Below, in pieces: positions 16,309-24,760 of a DNA stretch of 26,897 nt (its first letter is position 1; each line of letters starts with the position of its first letter). A program made the translations under genes and the position numbers. The stretch is from contig JBFRWI010000154.1 of the NCBI GenBank assembly GCA_051439505.1, positions 1-26,897 on the forward strand, written 5' to 3'. The stretch comes from Hormoscilla sp. (GTDB lineage Bacteria; Cyanobacteriota; Cyanobacteriia; Cyanobacteriales; Desertifilaceae). The notes beneath the pieces were generated by a model. It worked only from the letters and a program-made list of their open reading frames with translations. It did no database searches and was not told the origin of the DNA.

Positions 16309-16367
16309 GTTATCTGTTTTAGTAGAAGACTTGAAATCCTTAATCCCTGCGTAGGGTGGGCATTGCC
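16309..16367 (+). repeat. 59-bp direct repeat, right copy (holds the likely original hydrolase stop codon)
   Basis: Translates LSVLVEDLKSLIPA-TAG in the hydrolase frame and continues into an intact GTAG REP. Confidence 0.95.
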
Positions 16368-16478
16368 CACCTTACGACTTCATCTAGGGTAGGACATTGC
16401 CCACCTTACCAGTTTACAGCCTGCGCAGGCAGGCTTCGTTCGGAGTAGCCCCACTCTTTAGGGTGGCGGCGGTGGCGG
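16351..16478 (+). repeat. REP-like cluster: two GTAGGGTGGGCATTGCCCACCTTAC-type units plus two-hairpin element copy 3 (16418-16468)
   Basis: GTAGGGTGGGCATTGCCCACCTTAC (16351-16375), a degenerate copy at 16385-16409, then AGCCTGC-GCAG-GCAGGCT-N9-GTAG-CCCCACTCT-TT-AGGGTGG. Confidence 0.85.
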
Positions 16479-17780
16479 CTACTTAAGAGTCGCCATCACT
16501 TCTTTAGCAGCTGCCAAAGTCTTATCAATATCTTCCTCTGTGTGAGCCAGAGAAGTAAACCCGGCCTCAAACTGAGAAGGCGCTAGGTAGATACCCCGTT
16601 CTAACATCCCGTTATGGAAGCGCCCAAATTTATTGGTGTCCGACTTTTTAGCATCTTCAAAGTTGTGAACCGGGCCCTTGGTAAAGAATAAGCCAAACAT
16701 GGCGCTAATGTGACCCCCACAGGCTTCATTACCCGTTTCTTTGGCAATTGAGAGCAACCCATCAATCAGCTTTTTGGTAATCTGATTGAGTTGTGCGTAA
16801 GTACCCGGTTTTTGCAGCAACTCCAGAGTCTTGATACCAGCTGTCATGGCCAAAGGATTACCCGAAAGCGTCCCCGCCTGGTACATCGGACCTGCTGGTG
16901 CCACCATAGACATGATGTCTTTGCGTCCGCCATAGGCTCCTACTGGCAACCCGCCGCCGATGATCTTGCCGAAGGTCGTCAGATCGGGTTTGATGCCGAA
17001 TTTCTCCTGGGCACCGCCGTAAGCGATCCGAAAGCCAGTCATTACTTCGTCAAAGACCAGCAAAGCTCCATTCTCTTGGGTGATCAAGCGCAAGCCTTCC
17101 AGAAAGCCAGCATCGGGGGCAATAAATCCCGAATTACCCACTACTGGCTCCAGAATTACCCCCGCTATTTGCTCGGGGTTTTCGGCAAATAGGGCTTTCA
17201 CGGCTTCCAGGTCGTTGTAGGGAGCCGTGAGGGTGTTGGCAGTGGTAGACTTGGGAACGCCGGGGGAGTCGGGTAATCCCAAGGTGGCCACCCCAGAACC
17301 CGCTTTCACCAGGAACATATCGGCGTGACCGTGATAGCATCCTTCAAACTTAACGAGCTTGTCGCGCTTGGTGAAGGCTCGCATCAAGCGCTGGACGGAC
17401 ATGCAGGCTTCGGTGCCGGAGTTGACAAACCGCACCATTTCTATGCTAGGGACGGCATCGATGACCATTTTCGCGAGCACGTTTTCTAGTTCGCAGGGCG
17501 CACCAAAGCTAGTACCATTTTCTAGCGCCTTGCGCAGGGCCTCGTTCACTTCCGGATGGGCGTGGCCGCAAATGGCTGGTCCCCAGGTGCCTACGTAGTC
17601 GATGTACTGGTTGCCATCCACATCCCAGATGTAAGCGTCTTTTACCCGCGAGAACACTATGGGTTTTCCACCTACGGATTTGAAGGCTCGCACTGGCGAA
17701 CTGACGCCCCCTGGCATCAGTTTCTGGGCCGCTGCGAAAATCTCTTGTGATTTGGTGGTCTTGAGAGTAGTTGCTTTCAA
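16479..17780 (-). CDS. hemL: Glutamate-1-semialdehyde 2,1-aminomutase
   Basis: [56 protein letters not shown] lysine in [22 protein letters not shown]. Likely TTG start at 17780 behind AAGGAG. Confidence 0.97.
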   Translation of the reverse strand: MKATTLKTTKSQEIFAAAQKLMPGGVSSPVRAFKSVGGKPIVFSRVKDAYIWDVDGNQYIDYVGTWGPAICGHAHPEVNEALRKALENGTSFGAPCELENVLAKMVIDAVPSIEMVRFVNSGTEACMSVQRLMRAFTKRDKLVKFEGCYHGHADMFLVKAGSGVATLGLPDSPGVPKSTTANTLTAPYNDLEAVKALFAENPEQIAGVILEPVVGNSGFIAPDAGFLEGLRLITQENGALLVFDEVMTGFRIAYGGAQEKFGIKPDLTTFGKIIGGGLPVGAYGGRKDIMSMVAPAGPMYQAGTLSGNPLAMTAGIKTLELLQKPGTYAQLNQITKKLIDGLLSIAKETGNEACGGHISAMFGLFFTKGPVHNFEDAKKSDTNKFGRFHNGMLERGIYLAPSQFEAGFTSLAHTEEDIDKTLAAAKEVMATLK

Positions 17781-17963
17781 AGTTGTTCTCCTTGGTTGAA
17801 TGCTCAACTATTGATTTGAGAATAGGCGTATTTATAGCACAAATTAACTATGTGCATCATCCTTTGTCCAGTTTATCCGTCTCACGCCCCGGGCCGGATG
17901 CCTGTCGGTGGGGCTGGCAATGCTATTCTAAACAAATGTTAAGAGAATATTACCCAACGCCTT

Positions 17964-18605
17964 ATGTCCCAAGCTGCTGTTACCCAACCCATCGAGATCG
18001 AGCAAATTCGCTACAATGAGCAAGGACTGGTGCCCGCCATTATCCAGGACTATCTGGATGGTACGGTGCTGATGATGGCCTGGATGAACCGGGAGTCCCT
18101 GGAAAAGACTCTCTCCACTGGCCAAACCTGGTTTTGGAGTCGTTCCCGTACCGAGTTGTGGCATAAGGGCGCTACTTCCGGACATTTGCAAAATGTGCGA
18201 TCGCTCCGTTATGATTGTGACAGCGACGCCCTGCTGATCGCTGTCGATCAAGTGGGTGACATTGCCTGTCACAAGGGCGAACGTAGTTGTTTTCATCAGG
18301 TCAGCGGTACGGTTACTCCGCCCCCGGCAGATACCCTCTCTCAACTCGAAGCTGTCATTCGCGATCGCCGCGACAACCCCAAGGAAGATTCCTATACCTG
18401 CAAGCTATTCGCAGGTGGGGATAACAAGATTCTTAAAAAGATTGGCGAAGAGTCCGCTGAAGTGGTAATGGCCTGCAAGGATGACGATAAAGAGGCGATC
18501 GCATCTGAGGCTGCCGACCTATTTTATCATACCCTGGTAGCCTTAGCACATCACAACGTTGATGTCAAGGATGTCTATCGCAAGTTGCAGGAACGCCGTC
18601 GTTAA
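17964..18605 (+). CDS. hisIE: Bifunctional phosphoribosyl-AMP cyclohydrolase / phosphoribosyl-ATP pyrophosphatase
   Basis: GLVPAIIQD...[18 protein letters not shown]...DCDSD...[10 protein letters not shown], followed by SYT...[10 protein letters not shown]...EAADLFYH. Confidence 0.97.
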   Translation: MSQAAVTQPIEIEQIRYNEQGLVPAIIQDYLDGTVLMMAWMNRESLEKTLSTGQTWFWSRSRTELWHKGATSGHLQNVRSLRYDCDSDALLIAVDQVGDIACHKGERSCFHQVSGTVTPPPADTLSQLEAVIRDRRDNPKEDSYTCKLFAGGDNKILKKIGEESAEVVMACKDDDKEAIASEAADLFYHTLVALAHHNVDVKDVYRKLQERRR

Positions 18606-18607
18606 CT

Positions 18608-21193
18608 ATGGACAACAACTACTCCCCCCGAACCCTAAAGGGTCCGGCTACAGGTTTAAAGCCCGCCTGCGCGGGCTTTAAACCTGGTTTATTCACTCTT
18701 AGAACCTGTCAGTTATTACTCTGTAGTTCCCTATTCCTGCTGGCTGTTGGGAAGAAAGTCCAAGGGCAAATTATCCCTGATCGCACCTTAGGCCCCGAAA
18801 GTTCAGTCGTCCGAAATAACGTCCCAGTCAGAGGGGAACCAGCAGACTTAATTGAAGGCGGGGCCATCAGAGGAGAGAATGTGTTTCACAGTTTCTCCGA
18901 ATTTAATGTCGGTCAATTGCAGAGGGTATATTTTGCCAATCCTGCGGGCATAGAAAACATTTTCAGTCGAGTCACGGGCAATAATATATCCCAGATTATG
19001 GGCCGCCTGGGAGTAGATGGCGGGGCTTCTATGTTTGTGATTAATCCCAATGGCATCATCTTCGGTCCCAATGCTAGATTAGATGTAGGTGGTTCATTTA
19101 TTAGTAGCACGGCCAATAGCGTCGAGTTCGATCGCTATCAATTCAGTGCGACAAATCCCGTAGCCCCACCATTACTCACTATCAATGTACCATTAGGTTT
19201 GCAGTACGGACCCAACCCGGGGGCAATTAGAGTAGAAGGATCCGGTCACAATATCATCCCATCTCCCACCCCAGGACTTTTACCAATCAATCGTCCACCG
19301 ACCGCAGATGGTTTGCAGGTTGGACCACTTCAAACCCTCGCCTTGATAGGGGGCGATGTTACCTTAGATGGAGGCACCCTGACAGCCGACTCCGGACGGA
19401 TTGAATTAGGAAGTGTCAGCAATGGTTTCGTCAGCCTCAAGCGGACTGAAATAGGATGGAATTTGGGCTATGAAGAATTCACTCAATACGGTGACATTCG
19501 GCTACAAAACGCCGCATTAGCAGATGCCAGTGGTGAGATTGGTGGAGAGATAATTGTGCGAGGAGGGAATCTGTTCATGTCCGGTGGTGCCTGGATTGGG
19601 ATTCAAGATCGAGGGTCACAACCATCGGGCAGCATCAGCATCAATATGTCGAACAACATAGACATGATTGGCATCTCCCCAAATGGGATTAATACTGCCG
19701 TGCGAACGGAAGCCTTGGCAGATGGTCGGGGTGGGAACATTTCGGTTTTGGCAAGAAACCTGAGTATAATCGATGGGGCATTTATAGCATCTTTTACTTT
19801 TAGTAACCTTGCTGGTGGTCGTGGTGGGGATATCGCCGTGTCAGTTGCTGAAGAGGTGCAATTCCTAAGATTTGCACGGAATAATCAAGTTAGCAGCATT
19901 TTCACTACAACTTTTGCTTCTCAAGATGCCGGAGAAACCCGATTGTTAACGAGACGAATGACACTTCAAGATGGAGGAGTATTGACATCTTCAAGCTTTG
20001 GGACTGGTAAAGGAGGAGACGTGACCGTAAATGCGGCTGAATCTATAGAATTGAGCGGAACGAATATCAACAATAATATTTTTCCTAGCGGGTTCGGTTC
20101 TATCGCTGGTAACGCTGGAGATGCGGGGGATTTAACAGTTAACACATCCGATTTGGTAGTGACCAATGGCTCGACGGTCTCAACTTCCAGTTTTGCGAGT
20201 GGGAATGCCGGAAATGTGACCATTAATGCCACCAATTCAGTCGAGATAAGTGGTGTAGGTCCCGGTTCGATCATTCCCGCTCAGGTGGACTCCTCTGCTC
20301 TCAGGAGATCCCAGTCTTTCCGAGACTTTTTAGGATTGCCAGATAGACCTTCGGGGAACTCGGGCCAGGTGACGATTAATACTCGAATTTTGAAAGTGAC
20401 AGATGGGGGGATTGTCAATGTTAGAAATGATGGCACGGGGGATGCTGGCACCATAGAGATTAATGCCGATGCTATTTTCCTGGACGACAAAGGTGAAATA
20501 ACTGCGGTGACAAGATCGGGCAACGGGGGAAATATTCAACTGCATGTTGCTGATGCTCTGATTTTGCGCTCCCTAAGTGCCATTACCGCTCGTGCCGGAA
20601 CCGAACTTAGCGGTGGAGGGGATGGGGGCAACATCACGATCGACAGTGGGACTTTAGTCGCCCTAGAGGGTAGCAATATCAATGCTAATGCCTTTGAGGG
20701 TAACGGCGGGAACATTCTGATTACTACCTCGGGTATCTTTCTAGCGCCTGATAGTCAAATCACGGCCAGTTCTCAACTGGGAGTAGATGGTACAGTAGAA
20801 GTTTCTACCCCAGATATGGACCCAGCTGCTGGGTTGGTAGAGTTAGGAAAACGGCCCATAGATGTAGAGCAACTGATTGGTAAAGACTTTTGCAAACTCA
20901 GTCGGGACAGTTCTTTTATAGCGACAGGCAGGGGTGGTTTACCGGAGTCCCCTCTAGAAGAACTTCAGCCCCATGTAGTCTGGCAAGATTTGCGCCTTAC
21001 ACCTCCTTTCCCCAGGGGGGATGAAACAAGTACTCCTATACAGCAAAGTCGGACAATTGTGGAGGCCCAAGGATTGGTAACGGATGCTAATGGGAATGCG
21101 GTACTGACTGCTTACCCGCCTGTGGTGACGCCTGTGGGGACTTGGTTACATCCTGTGGACTGTCAGATGTTGAGGAGTAATGGCGATCGGTGA
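18608..21193 (+). CDS. Filamentous-haemagglutinin N-terminal (TPS secretion domain) exoprotein
   Basis: Signal-like segment ending VQG/QIIPD; NVFHSFSEFNV, NIFSRVTG, INPNGIIFGPNARLDVGGSF; about ten GG/AG-[ND]-I-x-I beta-helix repeats; C-terminal SSFIATGRGGLP...IVEAQG tail. Confidence 0.92.
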   Translation: MDNNYSPRTLKGPATGLKPACAGFKPGLFTLRTCQLLLCSSLFLLAVGKKVQGQIIPDRTLGPESSVVRNNVPVRGEPADLIEGGAIRGENVFHSFSEFNVGQLQRVYFANPAGIENIFSRVTGNNISQIMGRLGVDGGASMFVINPNGIIFGPNARLDVGGSFISSTANSVEFDRYQFSATNPVAPPLLTINVPLGLQYGPNPGAIRVEGSGHNIIPSPTPGLLPINRPPTADGLQVGPLQTLALIGGDVTLDGGTLTADSGRIELGSVSNGFVSLKRTEIGWNLGYEEFTQYGDIRLQNAALADASGEIGGEIIVRGGNLFMSGGAWIGIQDRGSQPSGSISINMSNNIDMIGISPNGINTAVRTEALADGRGGNISVLARNLSIIDGAFIASFTFSNLAGGRGGDIAVSVAEEVQFLRFARNNQVSSIFTTTFASQDAGETRLLTRRMTLQDGGVLTSSSFGTGKGGDVTVNAAESIELSGTNINNNIFPSGFGSIAGNAGDAGDLTVNTSDLVVTNGSTVSTSSFASGNAGNVTINATNSVEISGVGPGSIIPAQVDSSALRRSQSFRDFLGLPDRPSGNSGQVTINTRILKVTDGGIVNVRNDGTGDAGTIEINADAIFLDDKGEITAVTRSGNGGNIQLHVADALILRSLSAITARAGTELSGGGDGGNITIDSGTLVALEGSNINANAFEGNGGNILITTSGIFLAPDSQITASSQLGVDGTVEVSTPDMDPAAGLVELGKRPIDVEQLIGKDFCKLSRDSSFIATGRGGLPESPLEELQPHVVWQDLRLTPPFPRGDETSTPIQQSRTIVEAQGLVTDANGNAVLTAYPPVVTPVGTWLHPVDCQMLRSNGDR
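18628..18686 (-). repeat. Two-hairpin REP-like element copy 4, inside the first codons of the exoprotein ORF
   Basis: 47/50 identical to 76-125; extended to a perfect 16-bp stem CAGGTTTAAAGCCCGC-CTGC-GCGGGCTTTAAACCTG (18651-18686). Confidence 0.9.
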
Positions 21194-21278
21194 CGATTGA
21201 AAATTGTGAATGTAAAATTGTGAATGGAGAAAGGTAGATTTATTTATCGAAAGAAACGAGAGAAATTCCCAATTAGCT

Positions 21279-23861
21279 ATGAGACGACTTACGAGATTAA
21301 TGACGATCGCCTGTTTGGGGCTAATCTTAAGCCTAGGCATTCATAATTTACCCCAAGTCAGGGCAGATCGAGGGCCTGAGATTTCAGTATCGGCTTTGGC
21401 GCAAAGGGGCAAACAGCATTATCATGCAGGACAGTTTGCCTCAGCAGCAGAAATGTGGCAAGAAGCTGCCCAGAATTATGCAGCGAATGGGGAAGTGCTC
21501 CAACAAGCTCGGATATTAAGTTTGATATCCTTGGCCCAACAGAAACTGGGGCATTTATCAGAAGCGTCGGCTGCTATTGATGCTAGTCTTTCCTTGTTAG
21601 CAACTTTACCAAAGGTGAATCCGCAAGTGCAAGCCCAGATTTTGAACGCCCAAGCAGAGCTGCAATTGGCCAAGGGTAACCCAGATGGGGCCTTCTCAAC
21701 TTGGAAAAATGTCGAACAACTCTATACTGCGGCAGGTGATGAAGTAGGAGCGATCGGGAGTATTATCAATCAAGCCCAGGCCCTACAATTGCTGGGGCTT
21801 TACCGTCAGGCTGAGAAACTCTTGAGGGCGATCGCGGCCCAGCTGAAGTCCCAACCTGATTCTACTGTCAAGATTGCGGGTTTGCATAATCTGGGTCATG
21901 TCTGGCAACAGGTGGGAGATTTACAGGCGTCGTCAGAGGTTTTGCAGACCAGCTTGGCAGTTGCCCAAAGATTGCAGGCATCCCCCCAATACCAGAGTCA
22001 AATCAGCTTGAGTTTAGCTAATACCGAACATAGTTTAGCAAAAAGATCGGCTTCCTTAAAGGACTCAACTGCGGCCCAATTCTATCGGCAAGAGGCGATC
22101 GCCCACTATCAACAGGCAGCAGCACAAACTACTTTACCCCTGACCCGCGTGCAGGCACAGCTCAATCTCTTTAGTCTCTGGATAGAGAGCGATCGATTTG
22201 AACTGGCACTAGCTTTATTGCCCCAAATTAAAGGGGCGATCGCGCATTTGCCAGCCAGTCGGGCTGCTGTCTATGCTAAAGTTAACTTAGCCGAGACCAT
22301 GATAGGATCGGTGATGCAGGACGTCCAAGAAACAAAAGAAGTTGAAAATATTTTAGCATCAGCAGTTGAACAAGCGCAAAGCTTAGCCGATCTCAGAGCC
22401 CAATCCTTGGCATTGGGCGTGATGGGCAAATTTTACGAACAAACAGAAAACTGGGGTCAAGGGAAAGTATTTACCCATCAAGCCATGCTGAGGGCCCAGC
22501 AGATTAATGCCCCCGACCTGGCCTATCAATGGCAATGGCAAATGGGACGAATACTTCAGGCAAACTTAAATAGTAGTCAGTCGGCAGATCCAGAAGCAAT
22601 TTTGTATTATCGCACGGCAGTGACAACCCTGGAGACTATCCGCCGCGACTTAGTTGCCCTCAATCCGGAAATTCAGTTTTCTTTTCGAGAAAACGTCGAA
22701 CCTCTCTATCGGCAGTTAGTAGATTTGCTCCTGGGCTCCGATCCCAGTCAAGAGGATCTCCGGCAAGCCAGAGAGGTAATTGAAAAACTCCAACTGGCAG
22801 AGATTGATAACTTCTTTCGAGAAGCTTGTTTGAATGCCCAGCCCCAACAAATTCACGAGATCGATGCTGGTGCCGCAGTCGTCTATCCGATTATCTTACC
22901 AGAACGGCTAGCAGTTATCCTCGAACTGCCCGATCGCACTCTGAGGTACTACCAAACTGCTGTACCCCAGCAGCAAGTAGAACGCATGGTGAGACGGATG
23001 CACAACTCTCTAAATCCGATCGCCTCTACCTGGAAGCGCTTGCAACTGTCAAAACAAATTTATGACTGGCTAGTGGGACCAGGTGAAACAGAACTTGCCA
23101 GCAAGGATGTTAAAACCCTAGTGTTCGTGTTAGATGGGGTAATGCGGAATCTGCCGATGGCCGCACTCTATGACGGCCAACAGTATTTAGTCGAGAAATA
23201 TAACATTGCCCTGACTCCGGGGTTAAACTTACTCGACCCGCAGTCCTTGAGACCGGAGGAGTTTAAGCTGTTAATGGCTGGGCTAAGTGAAGCCCGCCAA
23301 GGTTTTTCGGCATTACCCGCTGTCGAGTTAGAAGTGCAGCAGATTTCCGCTCTGTCCCCTGGGTCGGTGTTGCTGAATCAGACCTTTCTCGAACCAACGC
23401 TACAAAAACTGATAGACGAAGTTCCTTTTCCCATAATTCACTTGGCAACTCACGGTCAGTTTAGCTCCAACCCGGAAGAAACCTTTATTCTGACTTGGAA
23501 TGACAAAATTAAGGTCAAAGAGTTGGAAAAGCTACTCAAGCTCAGAGAAACAGCAGAGGACGTTCCCATTGAATTACTGGTTCTGAGTGCCTGCCAGACG
23601 GCCTCTGGGGACAACCGAGCGGCCTTGGGATTGGCGGGATTAGCCGTTCGTTCTGGGGCCCGCAGTACCCTCGCCACCCTGTGGTCGGTCAACGACCAAT
23701 CCACCGCTGACCTCATGGTTAAGTTTTATCAAGCACTCACCGGTGAGGGCGTCAGCAAAGCTGAAGCCCTCCGACAGGCACAGCTGGAACTTTTGCAGTC
23801 CCGCCGCTACCAGCATCCCTTCTACTGGGCACCCTTCGTTCTGGTGGGAAATTGGCTGTGA
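21279..23861 (+). CDS. TPR-repeat CHAT-domain (caspase/HetF-like) protein with N-terminal signal peptide
   Basis: Signal-like MRRLTRLMTIACLGLILSLG...VRA; Ala/Gln/Leu-rich TPR region; CHAT motifs LVFVLDGVMRNLPMAAL, IHLATHGQF (His), LVLSACQTA (Cys), ATLWSVND and HPFYWAPFVLVGNW. Confidence 0.93.
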   Translation: MRRLTRLMTIACLGLILSLGIHNLPQVRADRGPEISVSALAQRGKQHYHAGQFASAAEMWQEAAQNYAANGEVLQQARILSLISLAQQKLGHLSEASAAIDASLSLLATLPKVNPQVQAQILNAQAELQLAKGNPDGAFSTWKNVEQLYTAAGDEVGAIGSIINQAQALQLLGLYRQAEKLLRAIAAQLKSQPDSTVKIAGLHNLGHVWQQVGDLQASSEVLQTSLAVAQRLQASPQYQSQISLSLANTEHSLAKRSASLKDSTAAQFYRQEAIAHYQQAAAQTTLPLTRVQAQLNLFSLWIESDRFELALALLPQIKGAIAHLPASRAAVYAKVNLAETMIGSVMQDVQETKEVENILASAVEQAQSLADLRAQSLALGVMGKFYEQTENWGQGKVFTHQAMLRAQQINAPDLAYQWQWQMGRILQANLNSSQSADPEAILYYRTAVTTLETIRRDLVALNPEIQFSFRENVEPLYRQLVDLLLGSDPSQEDLRQAREVIEKLQLAEIDNFFREACLNAQPQQIHEIDAGAAVVYPIILPERLAVILELPDRTLRYYQTAVPQQQVERMVRRMHNSLNPIASTWKRLQLSKQIYDWLVGPGETELASKDVKTLVFVLDGVMRNLPMAALYDGQQYLVEKYNIALTPGLNLLDPQSLRPEEFKLLMAGLSEARQGFSALPAVELEVQQISALSPGSVLLNQTFLEPTLQKLIDEVPFPIIHLATHGQFSSNPEETFILTWNDKIKVKELEKLLKLRETAEDVPIELLVLSACQTASGDNRAALGLAGLAVRSGARSTLATLWSVNDQSTADLMVKFYQALTGEGVSKAEALRQAQLELLQSRRYQHPFYWAPFVLVGNWL

Positions 23862-23964
23862 CTTTTGCGTAGGGCGGGCGACAGGAGAGCCCGTCGGAGC
23901 AAGAGAACCCAGAAAAACTAGATTGATGCTAATATATAAGTAATGAGGTTACAGAGGTGCATCA

Positions 23965-24756
23965 ATGACTACTAAAAATGAGCGGAGATCGCTCCATTGT
24001 ATTTCTCTGGCCCTAGGCTTAGTAATGATGTTTTTCCCAGGCTTGTGGAAACTGGTACATGCCCAGTCATATCCAGAGCGTTATCGACAAGAGTTGCCGG
24101 GAATGGTCAAATTTGAACCGCCTCCAGAGAAGGGAGCACCAGAAGAAACAGTAATGGGAGGAAGTCGAGGGAATTGCAATTCACAGGGGGCAACATCTTC
24201 CGCAGCACAGATGACTTTATTGATGCCAGAAAATAACTACGGGTTGACCGTAGCAGCGCATCCAAAGTTATTTATTTATATTCCTGAAACGGCGGCGCGA
24301 GCATTATTTGTGAAGCTCAAAGATGAAAGCGATCGGGAGCATTATCAAAAGATTGTCCCCATCAAGTCCGGGATTGTCAACATCAGCTTGCCAAGGGAGG
24401 CTCCCCCTTTAGAGATAGGCAAAACTTATAAATTGTTTGCTGCGATGCTTTGTGGATATGACCCGGAATCCGAACAGCTAGACCCCGACCAGCCCTACTC
24501 GGTTAACGATCCTTGGACCCAGGCAGCAATTAAGCGCATTGCACCAAACTCAATTATCAGTGGTAACCTGGATAGCATCGGGGAACTGCAACAGGCGGCT
24601 TTGTATGCAGAAAATGGCATTTGGGTGGAAACTATAGCCATTCTAGCGGAACTCAGGCAAGCCAGACCTGCCGATGCAACCATAGCCAGGGAATGGACAG
24701 AACTGTTAACCTCCGTGGGCAGGGAAACCATTAGCGCCCAAAAATTTGCCGAATAA
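23965..24756 (+). CDS. DUF928 domain protein with signal peptide
   Basis: Hydrophobic N-terminus ending LVHA; FEPPP...GGSRG-x-[34 protein letters not shown] and WTELLTSVG. Confidence 0.88.
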   Translation: MTTKNERRSLHCISLALGLVMMFFPGLWKLVHAQSYPERYRQELPGMVKFEPPPEKGAPEETVMGGSRGNCNSQGATSSAAQMTLLMPENNYGLTVAAHPKLFIYIPETAARALFVKLKDESDREHYQKIVPIKSGIVNISLPREAPPLEIGKTYKLFAAMLCGYDPESEQLDPDQPYSVNDPWTQAAIKRIAPNSIISGNLDSIGELQQAALYAENGIWVETIAILAELRQARPADATIAREWTELLTSVGRETISAQKFAE

Positions 24757-24760
24757 TCAG

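Noticed and set aside
16242..16370. 43-aa N-terminal extension of MerR in the ORF track
   Set aside because: It runs through the direct repeat and REP; the RBS and domain start support ATG 16241.
23868..23900. GTAGGGCGGGC...GCCCGTC as a REP or terminator between CHAT and DUF928
   Set aside because: Short imperfect stem, no U-tract and a single instance; too weak to call.
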